NCBI GenBank assembly: GCA_963817955.1
Contig: CAWFQK010000005.1
Span: forward strand, 1-64,000
Source: an uncultured Gemmatimonadaceae bacterium
Lineage (GTDB): Bacteria; Gemmatimonadota; Gemmatimonadetes; Gemmatimonadales; Gemmatimonadaceae
Length of the DNA: 64,000 nt
Direction of reading: 5' to 3'
The notes beneath the pieces are model-generated. The model was given only the letters and a program-made list of their open reading frames with translations. It ran no database searches and had not been told where the DNA came from. Shown piece by piece: positions 1-8,030 of this stretch (the first letter of the stretch is position 1; each line of letters begins with the position of its first letter). Made by a program: the position numbers and the translations under genes.

Positions 1-129
1 AGACCTACGGGGTGGGACAACTCCGATGTCCGGATCGCGACAACTAGCCTAACCGCTGAGGCGTTGGCAGATACCAAACTCACTGAGGAGACCGCTGAGG
101 GTAGGATTCCCAGCTACGACTCGTGGTGG

Positions 130-144
130 GTCAGTTATGCTTAG
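130..144. repeat. 15-bp direct repeat GTCAGTTATGCTTAG, copy 1 (att-core-like)
   Basis: Identical 15-mer at 5445-5459; preceded by CCGCTGAGG/CACTGAGG repeats at about 53, 81 and 92. Confidence 0.6.
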
Positions 145-333
145 GCCTGAGCGGCCAACGCACTTGTCGCGCCCCGGACACGAGAGTTGTCGCGATTCCG
201 GGGTCAGCGCGGCATCGCAGTTGTCGCGCCCTCCGCTCACGGCATGAGTCCGAAAAGACAGCACGGGTAGGCTAGACGCGACGCCGAGGCCCGAGGCTTG
301 GCAGACGAGCAATAGGACGAGCAGCATGTTGCA

Positions 334-930
334 ATGCTGTTCGATTCGATCGGGGTCTGGCTGACCGCGCAGCGCTGCATGGCCGTCTTTAACGCGGCCG
401 GGATAGCGGCGTGCGCATACGCCGGGCTTCTCCTGACGATCACCTCGTGGGATCCGCGGCCATTTATTAGAGATCTACGAAGCAAGCAAGAGCAAAACCC
501 GAATTACTGTGACACCGTCTTCGCCAGTCAGTTGATGGGGTTTGGAATGCCGTTGGTGGTCGGCGGCGCCATCGCCGCCGGTCTTTTTCGTGAAACAGAT
601 CTGTCGCGGTTGCAGGCCGCAGCCATCGCCACAGTCGTATTCTTGCCAGCCTACTACGCGATCGGTGCCGTTGGCCGCCGCGCGATTTTGGGACGCTCGG
701 CGTGGTGGTGGACCCTGCGATTGCCATTCGGCTTACTTCTTGGATCCGGCTGGATGGTCGAAAGACTCCTACGCGGCCGCGTGCTCGCGATACTCGACTG
801 GGTCGCCGCGCAACGCGACAGAGCTGACGTCGGGCACTACGAGCCACGGACCCTGCCGGCGATTGTTTGGCTGTGTGTGGGCGTCTGCCTCCAGCTCGCC
901 ACGGCCTGCGCTACTGTTGTTCTCGGCTGA
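334..930 (+). CDS. hypothetical membrane protein
   Basis: 198-aa ORF with several hydrophobic segments; no recognised family. Confidence 0.45.
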   Translation: MLFDSIGVWLTAQRCMAVFNAAGIAACAYAGLLLTITSWDPRPFIRDLRSKQEQNPNYCDTVFASQLMGFGMPLVVGGAIAAGLFRETDLSRLQAAAIATVVFLPAYYAIGAVGRRAILGRSAWWWTLRLPFGLLLGSGWMVERLLRGRVLAILDWVAAQRDRADVGHYEPRTLPAIVWLCVGVCLQLATACATVVLG

Positions 931-1179
931 CGCCGCTCGGCCGCTCCGCGTCGCGGCTACGCCGCCCACCACCAGCGCGATCCGAGGCGCAGCGGTTCCT
1001 GAGCCTCTCGCCGCACCACGATGCTCTCATCGCTTCGCGCATCGTAGACTCTGGCCCCACAGACTACAAGACCATGGGCGGTCGAAGCGGCACTCATCCC
1101 GCCCGGGTCCACCCCGTCGATCAGGACCGGTACTCGGTCCGCGGGGATGCCGCGGGTTCGCTACACGTCTCGAGCGCCA

Positions 1180-2514
1180 TTACGCGACGTGCCGGAACGC
1201 CGACTGGATTCGCGTGACCCACTCCGTGTCGAGGCCGGCGGCCTCGGCTTCCGGTCCCCAGATCCCAAGCGCGGCCTCAACTTCTTCGAGGATCTCGACA
1301 CCGTGCTTCGGAATATCGAACTCCCTTCCAAGGGCCAGGAGATCCGCTCGGGTGAACGCATCGTCTTTGCCGCGCGCAGTCATCTGATGCGTCCGCGTCC
1401 ACTTCGAGCCGTAGGCGTACGTCACGTCGAACGCGGGTGCCAGCGCCCACTGGCCGTCCGACCCCATGAGGAACGCAAGATTCTTGACATGATCGTCCTG
1501 GTTCCGTGCGGCGATGTTGAAGACCATGCGCCGGAACGCCTGGGTGACCGCCGGTTGGCCGAGCCGCAGCCGTCGAATGGTGCGGAAGTAGCCTTCGTAC
1601 GAAAGCAGCCGGGGGACGTTGTAGTCCACATGATGGAGGCCACCCAGACTGTGCATGTGGATCCGCACGCTGCCGTGGCGATCAAAGCGCTTGGTCATGA
1701 AGTGCGCGAACTGCCGCTCGCGCAACAGGTGCGTCTCCGACATCTCCACGCCGGCCGCGCGCGCCATTTGCGAGTACGCGTACTCGATCCGTCCAAACGG
1801 TCCGGGCACGAACGCCTTGATCATCTCGTGCCCGCCGACGCCGCCGGTGACGCCGTCGAACTTGATCATCCAGGGCTCGTCGCCGTCGGTCGGCGTTGCG
1901 AACGCCGACTTGACGTGGCGTGCGTCCCGGTTCCAGAGGATCAGCGCCTTCGCACGGGCGCCCCCCGCCGATGCCCCGACCTGCATCATCTCTGGGACCG
2001 CCACGTCGGTGTCGCCCTCGATGATGCGGCGCGCTTCCTCGACCAGGCGGGCGATGTGGAGCGCTGCATCGGCGCGGCCGTCGAGGCGATCCAACGCCGG
2101 GCGGAACTCGAGCGCTCCCATCGCTCGGCTTCCGATGTAGAGGAGCTTCTGGACCGGGCTCAGCGCGGCGTCCGGCGTGCCCCGCTCCTCGAAATACCGC
2201 TTGATGACCGCATTGCCGAAGGCGTCCGGCAAGCAGTCGGCGAGCAGCCCGGGCAGGCCGAGAAATGACTCGACGCGCTGCAGTGCCGGAAAGGCGATTG
2301 GCCCGCGACGTGAGAGGGGCAGGTGGATCGGCGAGAGCTCAAGGCCCGAGGCTCGGAAGTGCTCTGCGTACTCGAAGACCACCTGACCACTCGCGTCCTC
2401 AGTGACGGCACCGACGTCCTCACCCCAGGCACTGATTCGAGCGACGGCGTAGCCTACCGGCTGGCGGCCGTTGCGCGCGCGAGGTGCGCGAGGTGCGCGA
2501 GGTGCGCTAGGCAT
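1180..2514 (-). CDS. hipA: HipA-family kinase toxin (type II TA)
   Basis: Motifs LPDAFGN, GASAGGARAKA, KRFDR, NQDDHVKN, LAPAFD; ATG at 2514 overlaps the upstream stop (ATGCCTAG). Confidence 0.92.
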   Translation of the reverse strand: MPSAPRAPRAPRARNGRQPVGYAVARISAWGEDVGAVTEDASGQVVFEYAEHFRASGLELSPIHLPLSRRGPIAFPALQRVESFLGLPGLLADCLPDAFGNAVIKRYFEERGTPDAALSPVQKLLYIGSRAMGALEFRPALDRLDGRADAALHIARLVEEARRIIEGDTDVAVPEMMQVGASAGGARAKALILWNRDARHVKSAFATPTDGDEPWMIKFDGVTGGVGGHEMIKAFVPGPFGRIEYAYSQMARAAGVEMSETHLLRERQFAHFMTKRFDRHGSVRIHMHSLGGLHHVDYNVPRLLSYEGYFRTIRRLRLGQPAVTQAFRRMVFNIAARNQDDHVKNLAFLMGSDGQWALAPAFDVTYAYGSKWTRTHQMTARGKDDAFTRADLLALGREFDIPKHGVEILEEVEAALGIWGPEAEAAGLDTEWVTRIQSAFRHVA

Positions 2515-2851
2515 GTTCGTCACCCTCGGCGCGTCGCCGACGCTTCGACGCGCGCGCACGCTGGGGTTCACGGCCAGCGCGCGCGGCGACCTCGATCGGC
2601 GAGACCAGGGGCACGGGTAGGAAGGCCTCGAATGCGTCCAAGCGGTCGAGGGCGCGGAGGATCCGAATCAGTGTGGCCAGCGTCGGGTTAGCCCCGGACT
2701 CCGCCCGCAGGACGGTCAGTCGTGTCACGCCAGCCGCGGCGGCCACGTCCTCGAGCGTCCGGTTCTGCTGGAGCCGATACCGCTGAAGTCGGCTTCCGAT
2801 CTCGGCGAGGATCTCTGGTGTCGTCGCTTCCGGCGAGATTCGACTCATCAT
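2507..2851 (-). CDS. XRE/HTH antitoxin (HipB-like)
   Basis: HTH pattern RLQQNRTLEDVAAAAGVTRLTVLRAESG; directly upstream of and overlapping hipA. Confidence 0.88.
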   Translation of the reverse strand: MMSRISPEATTPEILAEIGSRLQRYRLQQNRTLEDVAAAAGVTRLTVLRAESGANPTLATLIRILRALDRLDAFEAFLPVPLVSPIEVAARAGREPQRARASKRRRRAEGDEHA

Positions 2852-2963
2852 CGATAATGGAAATGGTGCCTTAGAAGATACCTTCCCGCGTCGGCAAGGT
2901 GTCAACATACAATATAAGTTACCTAACAAACGGAGAAATGGCAGCTGTCAGTCGCGCGGTATT

Positions 2964-3019
2964 GTATCATATATGATGCTCCATGCTGGATGATGCCAGT
3001 AGAGTATTATATGTGATAC
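2964..3019. promoter_or_regulatory. two quasi-palindromic 16-bp AT-rich boxes, alternatively one 18-bp stem-loop
   Basis: GTATCATATATGATGC (2964-2979) and GTATTATATGTGATAC (3004-3019). Confidence 0.5.
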
Positions 3020-3252
3020 CTTATCATACCGAGCAACCGGCTTGACGAAGGGCTTGGCCGCTTCACCCTCTGCAGAGGCGGCCTGCCCGTGCGTGTCGAG
3101 ATGCGCGGTCTATTGGGATTCGGTTGCACGCTCTATCGTAAGATCGTGTACGCTCTATCGTAATCCGGACCATAGCGCGTAAGTGGTAGACAGACAGCAG
3201 GGAGGCCCCGGCCGGGAGGTTGGGGCCTCTGTTTCCTAGGGTTGTTATGGCA

Positions 3253-3877
3253 CTAGCGGTACGTAACACCGAGCATGGGCAGCACTTCGACCCGGTCTGT
3301 CTCGTAGTGGGCGTGCATATGCCCGCACACCAGCTCCGGATACCCGAGGTGCGCCCATATCGCCTCGAGCACCACGGCCGAGGGGTGCGGTTGCTGCCCG
3401 GTCATGGCGACGGTGACGCTCGATGGAGGAGTGTGCGTCACTAGGAGATCGACACTTCCAGGGGAGACCTTCCTCCAGGCCTCGAGATCGACGTCGGTAA
3501 TCCTCTCCTCATCGGGCCACCAATCCACCCCTGGCTTCCGCGACGATCGGTCGGTCACGGAGTCTGCGCCTCCGAGGAAACCAACGCGTCGCCCGCCCAT
3601 GGTGTTGATCTTTCCGCGAGGGAAGAAAGTGAGCTCTGGACGGATGAGGGTTGGAACCGTGAGCCCGTGGGTATCCGGATAGTAGTGGTGGTTGCCGTCG
3701 ATAAAGCCGAGGGGTCGAGCGAGCGGCCGCCAGCGTGCCCTAGTCGCCGCAAGGTGGTCCGGGCGCACCGTGAGGTCGCCGACCTGAATGACGTGTGTCA
3801 CCCCCAGCGGGGAGGTCCGCAACGATCTCCTCGAGATCGTCCATGAACTGGTGAGTGTCTCCAATTATCGCTATCAC
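3253..3877 (-). pseudogene. calcineurin-like metallophosphoesterase with +1 frameshift (or sequencing error)
   Basis: GTG at 3877 gives MIAIIGDTHQ (motif I); GDL, GNHH, THTPP and CGHMH follow in another frame after the C5 run at 3801-3805; span 625 bp = 3n+1. Confidence 0.8.
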
Positions 3878-3947
3878 GCGGCTTCGCTACGCTTGAGGTC
3901 GGTGGCAGGATTGGGACCCCGAATTGGACCGGGCTTTCCATGCGGTG

Positions 3948-3977
3948 TTGACACTGCCGCTTCGTTCTGTATATAAT
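3948..3977 (+). promoter_or_regulatory. consensus sigma70 promoter
   Basis: TTGACA (3948-3953) - 18 bp - TATAAT (3972-3977), upstream of the MNT gene. Confidence 0.8.
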
Positions 3978-4082
3978 ACCTGCGTACCATAAATAGAACG
4001 GAAATCCTGTTAAGAAGATGGAGGGCCTATATATAGAACGTAGCGTCTATATAGGACGAATCAACTCACGACGGTCCTACCC

Positions 4083-4790
4083 ATGCGAGCGACCCCAAAG
4101 AGTCATTTCCACAACCCCGTTGACGCCCTCCTCGGAAGTGCGAGCGAGGTGCGGGTCCTTCGCGTCTTGGCTCGACACGGGGGGACCCTGTCGGCGTCAC
4201 ATCTGGTAAACCAAACACGCCTCACTCGCTCGAACGTCCATAGGGCTCTGCAGAGCCTCATGGCGGGACGAGTGGTAGAGGCGCTCGGGACCGGGCGAAG
4301 CGTGCTCTATCACATTGCCCCCCAGCATCCGCTCGTACCGGCACTCACAGCAGTATTTGAGGCCGAGGCAGGACGTGTCAACCGAGTGTTCGAGGCCATT
4401 CGCCGCACGGCAGATGGCCACGCCCCGTTTGTGCTCGGGGCATGGCTGTATGGAAGTGTCGCCCGCGGCGAGGACACGAACAAGAGCGACCTCGATGTGG
4501 CCATCGTGGTCGATGAGGAGCCAGCCGATCGGATCACGAAGGCAATCCGCGAGGATTTTGAGCCGATGGAAACTGGCGAGGGCGTCACCGTGTCGGTGCT
4601 AGGACTGAGCCCAACCGAATTCCTTCGTCTTCCCTCCATCAATCCGCAATTCTGGACGAGTCTCCGGGAAGATGCTGTCTCGCTGTTTGGGCAGTCGCCG
4701 GACAGCCTTGTCACGTATCTGAAGATCGACGCGCACAAGGCGTCCGCTGGGTCCGCAGAAACCACCCGCTCTGGACCGATCAATGGTTAG
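4083..4790 (+). CDS. wHTH + minimal nucleotidyltransferase (MNT) protein
   Basis: N-terminal HTH; LYGSVARGEDTNKSDLDV fits GS-X10-DXD. Confidence 0.88.
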   Translation: MRATPKSHFHNPVDALLGSASEVRVLRVLARHGGTLSASHLVNQTRLTRSNVHRALQSLMAGRVVEALGTGRSVLYHIAPQHPLVPALTAVFEAEAGRVNRVFEAIRRTADGHAPFVLGAWLYGSVARGEDTNKSDLDVAIVVDEEPADRITKAIREDFEPMETGEGVTVSVLGLSPTEFLRLPSINPQFWTSLREDAVSLFGQSPDSLVTYLKIDAHKASAGSAETTRSGPING

Positions 4791-5202
4791 GGCCGGGCCG
4801 ACCAAGACAGTGGGTGGCGACGAATGGCGCGGCCGCCTCTCCAACGCGAAGGCATTCCGCCGAGCCGCCGAGAATCTCTTGGAGCTCTGGGAGGAGGGTG
4901 ATACTGGGAACCCCGTTGTCGTGCTGATCGTCCTGGCCGCGATCGGCTATGGCGATGCTCTCTCGGCACGATTTGACGGCAAGGTGAACCAGACGAACCA
5001 CGCTGCACTCCCGACCACGATCAAGGCAGCCATGGGGAATCAGGCCGACACACAACAACTTTCTAGGCTCAAGAAGATCTTGGACGAGAAGGACACTGCC
5101 TCCTATGGAGCCCGCATCGGCCGCATGGATGAGGCGCGCGAGCTGCACGTCCAGCTCCAACGATTCGCCGCTTGGGTGGAGAGTGTCCTGAGCCAGCGTT
5201 AG
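4783..5202 (+). CDS. HEPN-like protein
   Basis: 139-aa helical-type protein overlapping the MNT gene; AAIGYGDA...NH...KDTASYG pattern. Confidence 0.7.
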   Translation: MVRAGPTKTVGGDEWRGRLSNAKAFRRAAENLLELWEEGDTGNPVVVLIVLAAIGYGDALSARFDGKVNQTNHAALPTTIKAAMGNQADTQQLSRLKKILDEKDTASYGARIGRMDEARELHVQLQRFAAWVESVLSQR

Positions 5203-5444
5203 GACAGCGAGCCCGCCCAATGCCTACGCGCGCCGCATCTGTCATGAGCAACGGGAGCGCGCGTGATGGCGGCACCCCCCCAGGGGTGGCTTGGCGGTCG
5301 GTACAACGCAGCTGCCTCCCGCTCCCGCTCCCGTGCAGCGGGCGCGAGTCATTCTTCGAGAGGTTACGATAGAAATCTCTCTGGTGCCGCTCTTCAATTA
5401 CGATAGACAGCGCGAGGTTTTACGATAGAGCGCGCAAAGCGACA

Positions 5445-5459
5445 GTCAGTTATGCTTAG
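5445..5459. repeat. 15-bp direct repeat GTCAGTTATGCTTAG, copy 2
   Basis: Abuts the ACA end at 5444; starts 16 bp past the pilC stop. Confidence 0.6.
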
Positions 5460-5475
5460 CCGCTAGGACCATCTC

Positions 5476-6672
5476 CTACCCCGCCGCATTCACCATATCA
5501 AAGATCGGCAAGTACATCGCCACCACCATCCCGCCCACCACCACCCCCAGGAACACGATCATCACCGGCTCCATCAGCGACAACAGCCCCGACACCGCCG
5601 CATCGACTTCCTCATCATAGAAGTCCGCGATCTTCGTGAGCATTTCATCAAGTCCGCCCGTTTGCTCACCAACAGCGATCATCGAGATCACCATGGGCGG
5701 AAAGACCTGGCTCTTCTTGAGCGGCGCCGCGATCGTCTCACCACCCGCGATCGACGCACGCGAGTCCATGATCGCGTCCTGGATGACGCGATTGCCCGCC
5801 GTCTTCGCCGTGATCTCGAGGCCGTCCAGAATCGATACGCCCGATGAAATCAGCGTGCCCAGCGTGCGCGTGAAGCGCGACACCGCGGACTTGCGCAGCA
5901 CGTCACCCAGCACCGGCGCCCTCAGCAACAGACGGTCGATCGCCAACTTGCCTTCCGACGTGGCGTAGAATCGTTTCAGGCTCGTTCCCGCGGCGGCGCC
6001 CGCAATCACCAACACGTACCAGTAGGTCTTCAGCGCATGCGACAGGCCAATGACGATGCGCGTCGGCAGCGGCAGCGCGATGTTCGCGCTGGCGAACATC
6101 GTTTGGAAAGTGGGGATCACGAACACCAGCAGCACGGTGATGGCGATGCCCGCCACGCTCATGATCACGCCCGGGTAGATCATGGCGCCCTTCACCTTCC
6201 GGACCAGTGCGTCGTTCTTCTCCATGAACACGGCGAGGCGCATGAGGATGGTGTCGAGGATACCGCCCGCCTCGCCGGCCGCCACCATGTTCACGTACAG
6301 CTCCGAGAATGCCTTGGGATGCTTGCGTAGCGCGTCAGCCACAGTGTTGCCCGACTCGACGTCGAACACTACCTGCCGCGTCACTTCCTTGAGCGCCGGG
6401 TTCTCGCTCTGGTTGGCCAGGATGTCGAGCGCCTGTACGAGCGGCAGGCCCGAGTTGATCATCGTCGAGAACTGACGCGTGAAGATCACGATGTCACGCA
6501 TCTTGATCGATCCGGTGCGCTTCTTCTTGGCCGCGACGCCTTCGTCGATCTTGACGACGTTCAGCTTCTGCTGGCGAAGCTGCTTGATGACTTCATCGCG
6601 ATTCGGCGCCTCGATGGTGGCCGACTTCAGCTCACCGTTGATCGCGCGCGCGGTGTACGTGAATTGGGGCAT
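5476..6672 (-). CDS. pilC: type IV pilus platform protein PilC (T2SS F family)
   Basis: FTRQFSTMINSGLPL, AGEAGG, MIAVGEQTGGL, MYLPIF. Confidence 0.95.
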   Translation of the reverse strand: MPQFTYTARAINGELKSATIEAPNRDEVIKQLRQQKLNVVKIDEGVAAKKKRTGSIKMRDIVIFTRQFSTMINSGLPLVQALDILANQSENPALKEVTRQVVFDVESGNTVADALRKHPKAFSELYVNMVAAGEAGGILDTILMRLAVFMEKNDALVRKVKGAMIYPGVIMSVAGIAITVLLVFVIPTFQTMFASANIALPLPTRIVIGLSHALKTYWYVLVIAGAAAGTSLKRFYATSEGKLAIDRLLLRAPVLGDVLRKSAVSRFTRTLGTLISSGVSILDGLEITAKTAGNRVIQDAIMDSRASIAGGETIAAPLKKSQVFPPMVISMIAVGEQTGGLDEMLTKIADFYDEEVDAAVSGLLSLMEPVMIVFLGVVVGGMVVAMYLPIFDMVNAAG

Positions 6673-6700
6673 TCTCGTTACTGGTTGCTAGTCTACGGCC

Positions 6701-7858
6701 TTACCGCTTTCCGGCCATTCCAGTCTTCGCGGCTGCATCGCCGTCGGGGCTGATCCCTATCATCCGCATCAGCTCCGACTGATCGTGGGTGGCGCGAAGC
6801 ACTTCTTCGAGCGCCACGGACTTGTTCATGTACAGGTTGTACAACGCGTCGTTCATGGTTTGCATGCCGTACTTCTTGCCCGACTGCATCATCGAGTAGA
6901 TCTGGTGGATCTTGTCGTCGCGAATGAGCGCACGGATGGCCGGCGTGACAACCAGGATCTCGGCCGCCATCACGCGCCCCTTGCCGCCCACCTTCGGCAG
7001 CAGGGTCTGCGTGATGATGCCCTCGAGACAGAACGCGAGCTGCGCGCGCACCTGCGACTGCTGATGGCTCGGAAAGACGTCGATGATGCGGTTGATCGCC
7101 TCCGCCGCGCTATTCGTGTGCAGCGTGGCGAACGCCAGGTGGCCCGTCTCGGCAATCGTCAGCCCCGCCTGGATCGTCTCGAGATCGCGCATCTCGCCGA
7201 TCAGCACCACGTCGGGGTCCTGTCGCAGCGCATACTTGAGTGCCGCACTGAAGCTCTTGGTGTCCGAGCCGACTTCGCGCTGATTGACGATGCAGTTCTG
7301 GTGCTTGTGAATGAACTCGATCGGATCCTCGATCGTGATCATGTGCCCCTTCATCTCCTTGTTGATCTTGTCCAGCATCGCGGCGAGCGTCGTGGACTTG
7401 CCGGAACCGGTGGGGCCGGTGACGAGGATCAGGCCGCGCGGCTTGTTGGATAGGTCGGAGATGACCTTCGGCAGATTGAGCTGCTCAAAGGTCTTGATAT
7501 CGAACGGGATCTGCCGGATCACCATCGACACGCAGCCGCGCTGCTTGAAGCAGTTGCCGCGGAAGCGCGCCAGGTTCTGGATGCCGAACGAGAAATCCAG
7601 CTCGTCCTCCATCTCGAACCGCTTCTTCTGACTCTCCGTGAGCACCGAATACGCGAGCTGCAGCGTATCCTTCGGCTGCATCATGAAGTCGACGTTCGAG
7701 CGCGCCATGTCGCCGTCGACGCGCAGCATTGGCCGCTGGCCGGCGCTGATATGGAGATCCGATGCGCCACGCTCGATCATCTCTTCGAGAAGGACGCGCA
7801 GGTTCAGCGCTTGCGCGCCAGGAAGAGGGGCAGGAGGTGTCGAGGTCGGTGCGGTCAT
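6701..7858 (-). CDS. pilT: twitching motility ATPase PilT
   Basis: GPTGSGKSTT, EDPIE, TLHTN, AIRALIRDDK. Confidence 0.95.
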   Translation of the reverse strand: MTAPTSTPPAPLPGAQALNLRVLLEEMIERGASDLHISAGQRPMLRVDGDMARSNVDFMMQPKDTLQLAYSVLTESQKKRFEMEDELDFSFGIQNLARFRGNCFKQRGCVSMVIRQIPFDIKTFEQLNLPKVISDLSNKPRGLILVTGPTGSGKSTTLAAMLDKINKEMKGHMITIEDPIEFIHKHQNCIVNQREVGSDTKSFSAALKYALRQDPDVVLIGEMRDLETIQAGLTIAETGHLAFATLHTNSAAEAINRIIDVFPSHQQSQVRAQLAFCLEGIITQTLLPKVGGKGRVMAAEILVVTPAIRALIRDDKIHQIYSMMQSGKKYGMQTMNDALYNLYMNKSVALEEVLRATHDQSELMRMIGISPDGDAAAKTGMAGKR

Positions 7859-8030
7859 TGCAGGCGGTTCGGGCTGCCACGGGAGGGATGGCGATTCTCT
7901 GGTTGTCTGACTGCTATATAGTAGCCCCCGTCACGGCACGAACCGCTTCTGTGGCAAGGACCTGCGCCACATTGCGACGCACGTCACAAATTTCGCCCGT
8001 GCGCCTTCCCACCGAACCTCTTGGACGGGC

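Larger units (their letters stand above)
3094..5444. mobile_element. non-autonomous Tn7/Tn5053-like transposon unit
   Basis: Ends TGTCGAGA.../...AAGCGACA; terminal 25-mers match 18/25 as inverted repeats; three 17-bp sites (consensus TGCRCGCTCTATCGTAA) at each end; no transposase inside; flanking 5-mers differ. Confidence 0.72.

Noticed and set aside
47..140. Integron attC site (GCCTAAC ... GTTATGC)
   Set aside because: R boxes are roughly complementary, but there are no convincing L boxes or stem, no other attC sites and no integrase in view
1147..2268. Long antisense ORFs (also 8577-9848, 13253-14650 and others)
   Set aside because: Shadow frames of real genes, expected in high-GC DNA
2875..2905. 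hipBA promoter TTGACA...TATCTT on the - strand
   Set aside because: 19-bp spacer and imperfect -10 make it too uncertain to call
2946..2970. Additional transposon end TGTCAGTCGCGCGGTATTGTA
   Set aside because: Spacing does not fit the 8-bp + 17-bp pattern and no further sites follow
5433..5460. dif/XerCD site (TTATG arm)
   Set aside because: No XerC-type arm ending in CATAA at 6-bp spacing at either copy of the 15-mer
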